DNA of 64,000 bases from assembly GCF_018977255.1 (NCBI RefSeq), contig NW_024704742.1:11906001-11970000 (forward strand). The letters run 5' to 3'. Source of the DNA: Callorhinchus milii (taxonomy: Eukaryota). Position numbers and translations under genes: made by a program. Positions 53,395-64,000 of the stretch are shown here, one piece after another. Under the pieces are notes generated by a model. The model made no database searches and was not told the origin of the DNA. It worked only from the letters and a program-made list of their open reading frames with translations. Within the stretch, counting starts at the first letter, position 1; every line of letters begins with the position of its first letter.

Positions 53395-53565
53395 ATCCAT
53401 TCACATCTTCAAGACGGAGGTGGATAGATATTTGTTAGGTCCGGGTATTAAGGGATATGAAGCAAGGATGGATAATTGGACTTGAGGTACAGATCAGCCA
53501 TGATCTTATAGAATGATGGAACAGGCTCGAGGGGCTGAATGGCCTACTCCTGTTTCTATGTTTCT
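53395..53565 (+). mobile_element. CR1/HE1-type 3' end
   Basis: gatcagccatgatct...caggctcgaggggctgaatggcctactcctgtttctatgtt. Confidence 0.82.
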
Positions 53566-53640
53566 AATGATGCTAAATTGTGTGGGTAGCTAATAACTAT
53601 TAAAAGAAAGTGAACAGAATATAGACATCTGAAAGATCAG

Positions 53641-53798
53641 GTACAAAACACAAAATATTGCAGATGCTGGAATCTGAAACGGAAGTTGAACAAAGGATTC
53701 TGACGAAGGGTCATGGACCCAAAACGTTGACTCACTTTTCTTTCTCCATAGATGCTGCCTGACCTGCTGAGTTTATCCAGCCCTCTCTGTTTTTGTGT
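53641..53798 (+). mobile_element. Penelope pLTR-like module with short inverted 5' piece
   Basis: 8-bp TSD AAGATCAG (53633-53640, 53799-53806). Confidence 0.85.
53695..53733 (+). ncRNA. Minimal type-I hammerhead ribozyme-like motif (core G mutated to A)
   Basis: CTGACGA-A-GGGTC-ATG-GACCC-AAAAC-GTT-GACTC. Confidence 0.6.
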
Positions 53799-55535
53799 AA
53801 GATCAGTTAGTTGGGCTGGGAAATGAGGGAGAAATGCAACGTGGACTGAATGATTGCCTAGACCAGAGAAATAAGCATTGGGAATATAAACAGAACGGTC
53901 GGTACATGCTCACAGAATGGAAATCCAGGATAGGGATCTGGAGAGAATGGTTGATAGTTTTTTGATGTATGTGACAGCAACAAGGATGCAAAGAGTTTAC
54001 GGAATAGCTGGGTGGATAGACTTCAGAGTTAATGGATTTGCAGAAAACATTGGTGTGGCCCTATCTGGAGAATTGTTTATATGAGAGAAGATTAAGGGGA
54101 TGTTCTTATTGAAGTGTCCCATGTTATAATAGTGAAAGCAGGTTGGACTCCCATAAACTAGCCACAAAATCCATACTGAGAGACCAGATATCTGGAGCAA
54201 ATTAGAGGTTTATAAAGGCATGAGAGATGGTAAAATCTCTTGCTAATCAAAAATGGTCTTTTAATGCCTTGAGCGATCTTATGTTTCAATGAATCTGACA
54301 GTTTAGATGGGGAGAAAGAGTGCTGCCTCTGTGGTTCTGATGGTTAATAGTCATCATTGTAACCACATGACTGTGATACACAGTCTATTACAGTTTATCA
54401 TTAAGGTGTATGATGATATCGAAGGACAGTCCTTTGACCGTCTCTCATAGATGTTTAGGTGAATTTTATTCTTGCCTGTGGCATTGTTTGCTAGAAAGTT
54501 ATCCTCATGCTATCCTCTTTAATAATGTGTGGAGAGTCAGCTTTGAGGGGAATTGATGACAGTTACAAAACCATTAATTTGTTACAGTTTGTACTATCGA
54601 CTCCCATCGGTATGCTTAACTGAATTGCCATAGGCAAACTTCACGCAAGCATAATGGAATTTCAGACAAGAGTTATCAGCAGAGAAATCAAAATCTTGTC
54701 TTTCACCATAATCATATTGGTCTGTATCCTTTATCAATACCAGCACCAACAGAGGTGCAGTTCACATTTGTCTAAATCAATAACCCTCTGACGCATTTGT
54801 CAGTTTCTGTGAACATGGCTTCAAGTAACCCTACGAATGTCAAACTGCTTTGGTCTTACAAGTGATGATTTTCATTGTCATCAGAAAGCTAAAATCACAG
54901 AGTGAATTGGTTGGTTAGTCTAAATATTCTTGATTGTGCAGTATGTCTGTGCCTGTTTCGTGCCTGCTACTGAAAAAGGGTATGAAAAACATCATTACAT
55001 ATTTTCATATATATAAAGCAAAGTAACAAACTTTCTCTTCAAAGAGAAGGCAGTTTTTCCCGGTGTCCTAGATAAAATTGATCATTCACTTGGCTGTTTG
55101 TGGGATGTTGCTGGGCGAAATTGGCTGCAGTGTTTGCCTAGAAATACAGTCACTACACTTGATGGCGAAATCTTGCAAAGTGCTTTGAGACATCTCGACA
55201 ATGTGATAAAGCACTTTATCAAATGCAAGGATTAGTATATTGTAAATAAACAAACAAAACCACTGGCATTTAATGCGAAGAATGGGACGTGCACTAACTG
55301 ATCCCAGCTTTAGCATTAAGTCCATTTAAAGAGCATATGGGGGGTAAAAAGTAATTTAAATCCAAATTAGCCTTGCTCAAAATTACCATCAAAACACATG
55401 GGGAATGTCTCCTTCTGAAGAAGAGCTATTTTGTGCTTATGTTGTTTAAAATGGCTTCATTTGGAGTGTCCCAGCTGTTGATAAACATCACATGTATATT
55501 TCAGTACCGCAATCAGGATCGAGTAGCTGAGACAA

Positions 55536-55846
55536 TGGAGTCCAGTAGCTCATTGGTTAGAGCACTCGCTTTGCAAGCAAGATACTTGGGTTGAATTCCA
55601 GGCAGGGTGAAACCTTGGGCAAGTTTCCTTACTCCACACGGCTAATAATAATCCCTCCAAAACAAAAATAAATTGGTCATTTTTAATCCACGACTGTTTG
55701 TGGGACACTGCTGTGCGCAATTGGCTGCCGTGTTTCATCCACAAATATATGGTCAATTTACTTTACAGTCTATTCTGTGAAACACTTTGAGATGTCAAGA
55801 AAACGTGAAAAGCGCTATATCAAATGCAAGGGTTATTATTATTATA
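55536..55846 (+). mobile_element. tRNA-SINE, internally deleted subfamily
   Basis: Head ggagtccagtagctc, junction actccacacggctaataataatccctcc, tail. Confidence 0.88.
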
Positions 55847-56914
55847 ATGTTGATCCACAATGGGGTCTATGGCACGTGCCTCAAGACAAACTTTCTGGAT
55901 TCCAATCTGAGCAGCTTCTTTCCAGCTGGAAGATTCCAGCTTATTTTACACGGGTAACTGGAGGTCATCTCTGAATGGATCCATACTGTCCAGTTATTTA
56001 TGGGAGAAATGCCTCAGATTAAATTTCCTTTCACCTCCCCTACAGTCATCTTCCCTTCTAAATTATCAATACATTTGTCTGGAGTATTATAGATAATGCA
56101 CAGCTGCTGAATTGATTAAATCAAACCCCAGCAGCTGTTTATTGCAAAGGACACTGCAGACAAAGAACATTAGAACTATTATGCTACTTTCGGAGTTTGC
56201 ACTTGGAACAGTTTAACACTACTCTCCAGACACTGTGTTTCAGTCGCTGTTTAACACAACTCACCCACTCTAATAAAATGTTACTCTTATTTAAACCACA
56301 GGTCAGAAACAATTCTTGTAGCATTCACAAAATTTGCATTGTGAAAGTTATAGATAGCCCTGAGAGATAGTAGGGGCATGGTGCAAATGAAGACAGATTT
56401 CCCTTTTAAATCTGCCAATTTAGTTTTTGTCTCTTTAATTTGCTCTTGTCTTTTGAAGGAACCGGTTTAACCCTAATATTTTGCATGAGCTTTCCTTGGC
56501 TGATTCTCCTGTTGTGTCCAAATGCACAGATACATTTTCTTGCAGGGAATGCTGGAAGGTAATTATAGTTGGGAGCCCTGGTTAATTTTTCCCTTCCTTA
56601 GACTAAGGCTGGTGAAGCCAATTATTTAATCCCTGCTGCTGTTCTACCCAACCTGAGGTTCTCAGCACAAACCAGAGATTGAATATGAAATTTCAGTGCT
56701 TATAGCTCAGTTCCACAAACGACAGTGCCTTCCATAATGAGCTGTCAGGGATACATTACATGTAAGACACCTGTAGAATGGCCAAAACCTGAAGGCAAAT
56801 AAGAAAGAACTGTGTCTCCTAGACAAAATTTACATAGAGAGATGAAGAAAAAGTAAACCAAATGAAATATCTCTCGTTATTTATCCCAGCATGATTTCTC
56901 CTATCGTGTCTGTG

Positions 56915-57190
56915 GAGATTTTTAACTAAGGACCTATCGTCTGCTCAGGTGGACGTCAAAGATCCCCTGGCACAATTTCAAAACAGAAGGGAGTTTTTTC
57001 TGGTGTCCTGGCCAATAATTCCCCAAATGAAATTGGCCACTCACTTCATGGTTGAATGTGGGACATTGCTGTGCTCAAATTGATTGCTAAGTTCGCCTAC
57101 AAAATACGCAGTAAAATCCTGTGACGCGCTTTGAGATGGCTCAATAATATGATAAGGTGCTTTGTCAAATGCAAGTATTGTTTATTATTA
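56915..57190 (+). mobile_element. Old Deu-SINE 3' part
   Basis: ctcaggtggacgtcaaagatcccctggcac...ggtgtcctggccaa. Confidence 0.7.
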
Positions 57191-58029
57191 CTTTATCCTA
57201 AACAGTATTTTTGTGAAGCGTTAACTGCAGTACTCCGGTCACTGTGTCTCTAGCTCTAGTTACCAGAATTTATATCCCAAATTACCTTGTCCAGACCAAC
57301 ACAGATGTCTGGCCCAGGCCATCCATTCCAAACAATTATTATGACTTTCTGATACAATGTATAATCAGTTGAGCAAAATTTCTGGCCATTAAATCACTGC
57401 ATCAAAATTATATATGCAAAATGTAATGGTGTAGATCAGTTTTGAACAAACCAATCCCAAGAAATTAACCTTAAACACATTGTCATCTTTTATGACTGCC
57501 GTAAGGTACATAACTTCTCTTAACCCCCACTTATCAGTATTTCAGGTTTGCGAGCAGACGGTCGGTCTCTCCTTAATTCCTATTAAAGTTCTCTAAGTTT
57601 TTTGCTTATCCCTTTTACTATGTATATATCATGTGACCAAATCTGACAAGTGAAATTGATAAATTCAGGCTGCAGCTGGAGACTGGTGTAACAATGTTAG
57701 ATATCTCATCAATTTGACCTTGATAGTTGTAAATAGCACAGAAAAACACTGGATAAATTGCATTGTCTTGTTAGGTGAACAAACCTGACAGTAGACTTGC
57801 AATTTGTGTGAATTCATTAAAGCTGAAAAGTCTGGGTTGTTTGCGTAACAATATAAACAAGCACGACTTGTTTTTTTCTTGTATTTTTTCTCTGAAAAAA
57901 CAAGTCGCATTTGTGGTCAAAATCATCAAAATACGAATACTTTTTACAATTGTGATTATTTGGAACATTTCTATGAATATCACAAATATACCTTTTCCAA
58001 GGCAGAAATATAAATTTATGTATATTAAA

Positions 58030-58204
58030 AAATCAGTTACTCATTCAACGACTGCTTGTGGGAGTCTGCTGTGTGTAATTGGTTGCCACGTTTCGCCACA
58101 AAATACACAGTCAATCCACTCTGCAATATATGTGGTGAAGCACTTTGAGAAGTCTCAATAATATGATAAGACACTGGATCAAATGCAACGATTATTATTA
58201 TTAT
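58030..58204 (+). mobile_element. SINE 3' part
   Basis: Body and tail homology. Confidence 0.72.
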
Positions 58205-59077
58205 TTAAATGGTGGAGCATTGAGCAGACAGCCTTCAGAAGCAAAATAAAATGAAAGGATTGAATTGTACATCTAGAATTTGCAAAATGATTCTCTAAAA
58301 AACTTTTATTGACTGAGGAACAGCAGGTTATGTCACAAAAATGGACCGGAATTGCCAAAGAAACTACATTGGCTGGGAAGAGAACCCAGTGCATACAATC
58401 TACTTGGATTTCAGTACCGATGAAGGATCAAGCCTGAAACAATCACCAATTTTGGGGGCTAAATATGAACAATTCAGTACGAGACGCAATCAATTGTGCA
58501 ATCAGATTTGTGTCTAGCTAAAATCTGGATAGATGCAGATATAGCTGATCCTCTTCATATGGAGTTAATGAAACAAATTGAGTTAAAAATTGTTTAACAA
58601 TGGGAAGCAAAATGTGTTCAGAAATGTAAAAGGTCAGGTGGGGGGTGGGGAGGGGAATCAATACCTATTGAAGTTCCCAGTGGTTTTGTTCTGCTAATTA
58701 TCTCATTGAATCTACTATAAATTGACTCATTTTTCTACTGTAAATTGTCATTCATTATCAGCTAGTTTTCTATTCTATTGGTTTTTTTCAATCTTCAATT
58801 TTGTTCCTCATGCTTACAATGTTATTGGTTCCATCTGAACTCTGATACCTTGTAGGTTGGCAATTTGACCATGAAGAGAGGCAACCTAACTGAGACCAAT
58901 CCTGACCTCGTCTTTTCCAGCAGAAATCACTGCATAGCGGCCAGGAATGGGAGAAAAGTCTGATTGTTTTATTTGCCATTCTTTAGGTTGGGCTGCTGAG
59001 ATCATTTGTTACATCCCTGACTGAAGTTAATGAGCTGAGCATAGACCATGATGAGCAGTGACCAACAACAGCAGCTT

Positions 59078-60220
59078 GCACAGACATCATAAACCTCTCC
59101 CTGTCCACCGGCACCGTTCCCATCCCTTTAAAAATGCCCGTCATCACTCCTATCCTTAAAGAAGCTTCCCTGGACCCTCTCACACCGTCTCTACTTCATC
59201 TCCACAAACGGTTTCTCCTCTAAACCCTGCACCATCTCGTAACTCAGGGCTCTGTCCTTGGTCCCCTTCTCTTCAATATCTGTATACGCCCTCTTGGTGA
59301 AATCATCCGCATGGAGGCACCTTCCACATGAATGCAGATGACACCCAACTCTATCTCTCTGCCTCCACTTTTAACTTTCTTCAGTTGAATGTCAACAAGA
59401 CCGAGGCTCTCCTGATTGGCTCCCATCAGCACATCCACAACTCCAGAGCTGACAGCATCACTATCCATGGATGCACACTCCATCTTGCTAATCCGGTCGG
59501 AACAAGGGTGTATTGTTTGACCCTCAACTATCCTTTCTACCCCACATCCGTTCGATGACCCGCTCTGTGTACCTCCACCTCCTCAACATCGCCTGGCTCC
59601 ACCAATGTCTCACACCGCAGGCCGCTAAAACCCTCATACATGCATTCATGACATCAAGGCCTGACTATGCAAACTCCCTGCTTGTCAGCCTCCACAACTA
59701 CTCCCTCCATAGGCTGCAGATTATCCAGAGCTCTGCAGCCCGTGTCCTCTCCATCACCAGGCTCCGTGACCCTATCATCCCCATCCTCGCCCAACTCCAC
59801 TGGTTTCACATCACACAGAGGATCCCGGTCCAAGATCCCGGTCATCACCTTCAAAGCCCTCCATGGTCTCGCTACCCTCTACCTGTGCAACCTTCTAACC
59901 CCCTACCAACCTGCTCGCTCCCTCCACTCAGCTGGCTCTGGCTTGCTTCATGTCCCGCGCCTCGCCACCCCCACCATTGGCGGGTGGGCCTTCAGCCACT
60001 CTGCCCCCACCTTCTGGAACTCCATCCTGCAGTCCCTCCAGCTTGCCTCCTTCAAGACCCATCTCAAGATCCTCCTCTTCGACCATGATTTCGATCATCC
60101 TCCTCCCCCACCACCCTCCACCCTCCCCAATCCCAACCCCCAGCTTTGGTCCGAAACAGCATCTTGGGATATCCTCCCAACATGAAAGACGCTACACAAA
60201 TGTAATTTTGTTATTGTTGC
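59078..60220 (+). mobile_element. L2, internally deleted and decayed
   Basis: [38 protein letters not shown]. Confidence 0.88.
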
Positions 60221-60714
60221 ATTTACTTTGCACCCTTCACATGGAGTATTGTCCCTGAGCAATTACAATTTGAAGCATGAGATGTACCTTAGTTCAAGAT
60301 AACTGGAACGATCAGCCATTCGGCTCCTGCTCTCTGGAAATCATTTCCAGAGTCTCTTTCTATTGCCCCTACCCTCCCAACCTTGAAAGGCCTTTATATT
60401 TTTGCCCACAAATTATACAGTCAGTTTAATTTACAGTATATTCTGTGAAGCGCTTTGAGATGTCTCGAAGATGTGATGAGGCGCTATATCAAATGCAAGG
60501 ATTATTATTTATCGACCAAGTGCTCCGAGACACAACCACGTGATACTGCTATATAAATGCAAGTTGTTGTTGTTGTTGGGCACTGTTTTCCCCTCACTCT
60601 ATGAACACCAGCTCAGGAACCTAGTCCCTTGTGTGAAGCACTTTAGACATCCTCTTGATGTGAATGGTACTGCAAAAATATAAAATGTTGTTCTGGAGAG
60701 GTTTAGATAAAGAA

Positions 60715-61155
60715 GAAAATACAAAATACTGCAGATGCTGGAAATCTGAAACAAAAACAGAAGTCGCTGGGAACACTCAGCAGGTCAGGCAGCATCTATG
60801 GAGAAAGGAAAGTGAGTCAACGTTTTGGGTCCACGACCCTTCATCAGAACTGAAGCATTTTGGGAGGAAGAGGCTTTTAAGGGCTAACAGAGAGTGTGTA
60901 GGCAGGGCAAGGAAGACAAAGGAGAAAATGGGGTAGAGGACAGGAAAGGATGGGTTAAAAGAGGTGTTAATGATGCACAGCAAAGGGGTGGTGGGGGGAA
61001 TTGCAATAAAACAGGCAGACCAGAGAGAGAAAAGGTGTGTCTGGGACCCTGATGATGTGAACGGAGAGGTCAGAATGCGAGGGAGAGTTGAAGTGGCAAG
61101 AAACCGGAAGCTCAGGGTTGTCTTTGCAGACAGAACAGAGGTGTTTGGCAAAGCC
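60715..61155 (-). mobile_element. Penelope-like element 3' fragment: GIY-YIG endonuclease C-terminal remnant plus pLTR with hammerhead-like motif (60814-60851)
   Basis: Minus-strand FAKHLCSVCKDNPELPVSCHFNSPSHSDLSV resembles the Penelope GIY-YIG tail; CTGATGA-A-GGGTC-GTG-GACCC-AAAACGTT. Confidence 0.82.
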
Positions 61156-61831
61156 TACCTCTTCACAGCCCATTTGTGCTTGTTCTCTGCTTGACAGCAG
61201 AGAAGGAACGTAAGCAGCTTTGAAGCCCAGGTCTGCTCACATCCCATGGGTGGACTGCTGATAACAGTCCCAGTAACACATGGAACAGCAAATCTATGAA
61301 TAGCAAGAGGTGAAAGGAATGTAGTCCGTAAATGTTTCCAGGGCTGTATGTACCACAACTTCAGAAGGTTATAGAGCAGGGCATCCCTGGCTGTTTCCAG
61401 TAGAGATCTTATCTTTTTGATGACCGTCATAGCACCAAAATCTATGAGTGTGTGTGTGCAGCAAGCTGTTAATGTGGTTAGTACTCAACAGCAAGCAGTG
61501 GAGCTTCAGTGCAAGCCTACTCCAATTGGAGATTTTTCCTTTGAAATTTTATTTAAATCAGGAATGAGTATTTGGTGTTGTTGAACCAACATTCCTTAGC
61601 ATTTTGTGAATTGGCCTCATCGCTGTAAAGCAAAGAACATGTTGTCAGTGGCAGCTAGAAATCACACAACATACATTATCAGGCTGGAAAGCAGTCAAAT
61701 ACTACTTTGCATGTTGTGCCAAAACTACCTAATAGTGTTGCTCTTGCCATGAGCCTCAATCGGCTCACTATGTGCATGATGTTTCATTTACATAATTTCT
61801 CCAGATTTCCAGATTAAAAATGAATGGCCTG

Positions 61832-62055
61832 CTATAATCCCTTCAAAAACAAAAATAAATTAAAATAAAATAATAAGAAGAATTTGGTCACTCATTCCAT
61901 GACTGTATGTAGGACACTACTGTGCACGATTGGATGCCCGTTTCATCCACAAAGTATAAAGTCAGTTTGCTTTACAGTATATTTTGTGAAGCGCTTTGAG
62001 ATGTCTTGAAGACATGATGAGGCGCTATATCAAATGCAAGGATTATTATTATAAT
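61832..62055 (+). mobile_element. tRNA-SINE 3' half
   Basis: Body and tail homology. Confidence 0.8.
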
Positions 62056-62759
62056 TTTGCTCTTCACGGTAAGATTGCTATGTATTTTTTAATGCCATCT
62101 TTAACTTGCATGACGGTTGCCAAAGAAAGCAGCATTACTGAGAATGTACCTATAGAATTCAGGGTCTGTGACCTTGTCCTTTTCACCAGAAGATTACCAC
62201 CAGTGATTTGAGAACAGGACATTGACAACTCAAACAGAAAGACAAAAATGAGTTCCACTCTGATTACTTTATCCAGAACTTCCTAAAATATTCAACCTAG
62301 GCCTGACAACTGTCATGTTCCAGTACATTGTCACGATCAGAATCCGTCATGTCATCATCGCCAGGCTTCATTTGTGAAGTGCAATAAGATGGCCTAAAGT
62401 GCCACAGTAATATACTTGTTTCCTGGCTTGTCTTTTCTCCTAACCCTATGGATATGCGTGAACTGTCACTGTTCTGATTGGGCAAAGACAGTTTTCGGGC
62501 TATCAATTGGGTATACCATAAAATGATTAACTTCAGTTGATAATGCAATATGTATTTTTTTAAAGCATTTCTGAGAGGCAGGATGTACAGCATCTGGAAC
62601 TGTAGATACTATTCTACAGTATAGAATAATTAATTCTAGCTCTATGTGTATGTGTGTTTGTGCTATAAGGCGGATACCCTTACCATAATCAAAACTATAA
62701 TTACTTAGCATTGGAACATTTGAAACTTGCACTCAATTCTTATTTGTGTGCAGGTGTGT

Positions 62760-63410
62760 CGGCCTGACTTAGTAGTATATCCTTTGAGTCAGAAGGTTGT
62801 GGGTTCAAGCCAGGGACTTGGAGTCACCTAGTCTAAGATGACACTTCAGTGCAGTGGGGTTGCATTACATTGTCAGAGGTGCTGTCCTTTGGACGAGATC
62901 CTGTCTACCTGTTCTCACCCGCACCAAACTTCGTACCCCGATTACTCCAGTCCTCGCCAAACTCCACTGGCTCCCTGTCACAGAGCAGATTGACTTCAAG
63001 ATCCTCACTCTAGTGTTTAAATCCCTCCATTCCTTGCCCTCCCCACCCATCTCTCTAACGTCTCTCCCCACAGCAGCACCGCCGCCTCTGCTCTACTGGG
63101 TCCGGCCTCCCCCGCGTCCCACGAATCCTTCGCTCCATCATCGGCAGCCGTGCCTTCAGCCTTACGCTCTAAAACTTTGGAACTCCCTCCCTCAACACCG
63201 TCACCTCGCCCCCTCCTTCCCCATCTTCAGGTCACGCCTGAAGACCTTCCTTTTCGCCCTTATGGTCGGTCACCTTCCCCCTCCCCCTGGCTCGGCCTTG
63301 GGTTCCACCATTGTTAAGTTCTCTGAGACACCGCCCGGTGTGGAGGATGCTATATAAGTGCAAGTTGTTGTTATTGTTCAGGTGGTGTTAAAGATCCCAT
63401 GGCACTTAGA
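62760..63410 (+). mobile_element. Old Deu-SINE with old-family L2 3' end (about 62915-63375) nested
   Basis: gagtcagaaggttgtgggttcaag head; L2 PITPVLAKLHWLPV; SINE resumes aggtggtgttaaagatcccatggcac. Confidence 0.8.
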
Positions 63411-64000
63411 AGCACTCCAGGACACTACCCCATGTGAAGAGCTCTATATAAAAGTTGTTGTTGCTGCTGTTAGCACTATTCAAATAAAGAAGGGATCCAC
63501 AAGTGACTAATCCACTTTGTAACTAGACCAATCTTATGACTTTGTATGACAGCAACAAAAAGCTTCAACCTTATCCAGTTGCTGTCAATGTCACTTCGGT
63601 GACCTGGTGAAGCAAATCAGCTTGTTTCAGTAAATGGAATGGTCAATTTGTGAGTCGTCGCAACTCTGTCAACGTTACTTTTGGCTCACTGTGTTCAACA
63701 GTCATTTATAATGCTGTGCACATGCCAATCACATTTCTGCACTGTATATTCTGGTTTGAAAAAATTATTCCAGACCAAATGATGCAAAAAATGAGGAAGA
63801 AACTTACAGTCGAGGTTGACAAATCAGAGCTTTTTAGTAATTATTGTCAAGTGTGGTGATTGGCTATTTTTGTAGAGAAATACAAAAACACATTTTGGCA
63901 TATATTGCCATCAGAGTTCCTCAAACAGCAATGACATAGTTTTGAATAATTAATTTATCTGGATGATTGTTGGCTAAAACATTGGGCAAAAACTCCCTTT

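Larger units (their letters stand above)
51340..54320 (+). mobile_element. Ancient CR1 broken by several later insertions
   Basis: Colinear remnants: NSLFMSVFTEE (51443), SQPDFIRGNLCLSN (52590), gatgctaaattg (ADDTKL-like, 53568). Confidence 0.55.

Noticed and set aside
62297..62593. Acidic ORF (KPGDDDMTDSDRD)
   Set aside because: No splice or homology support.
1..64000. CRISPR array or prokaryotic operon
   Set aside because: No regularly spaced repeat-spacer array; the content is clearly vertebrate interspersed repeats.

Overview
Repeat-dense vertebrate genomic DNA, most likely from a cartilaginous fish (inferred from HER1/HE1-type CR1 3' ends, Deu-domain SINEs and shark-type Penelope repeats). 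No host protein-coding gene, rRNA, true tRNA or CRISPR can be supported, so the window looks intronic or intergenic. Nearly all long ORFs are retroelement remnants. The window contains: several L2 families, including an apparently full-length 3.6-kb single-ORF copy bounded by a 6-bp TSD; several CR1 copies, two with ORF1 esterase remnants; about 20 copies or fragments of a tRNA-Ala-like-headed SINE; an older Deu-domain SINE; five Penelope-derived inserts carrying a decayed minimal hammerhead-ribozyme motif; a Tc1/mariner-type MITE; and an unexplained palindromic element. The most interesting signals are the short TSD-flanked hammerhead-bearing Penelope modules (one is a ~98-bp-arm hairpin), the promoter-like structured 5' end of the full-length L2, and several unusual insertion structures. 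Boundaries were read by eye and are approximate unless a TSD is quoted.
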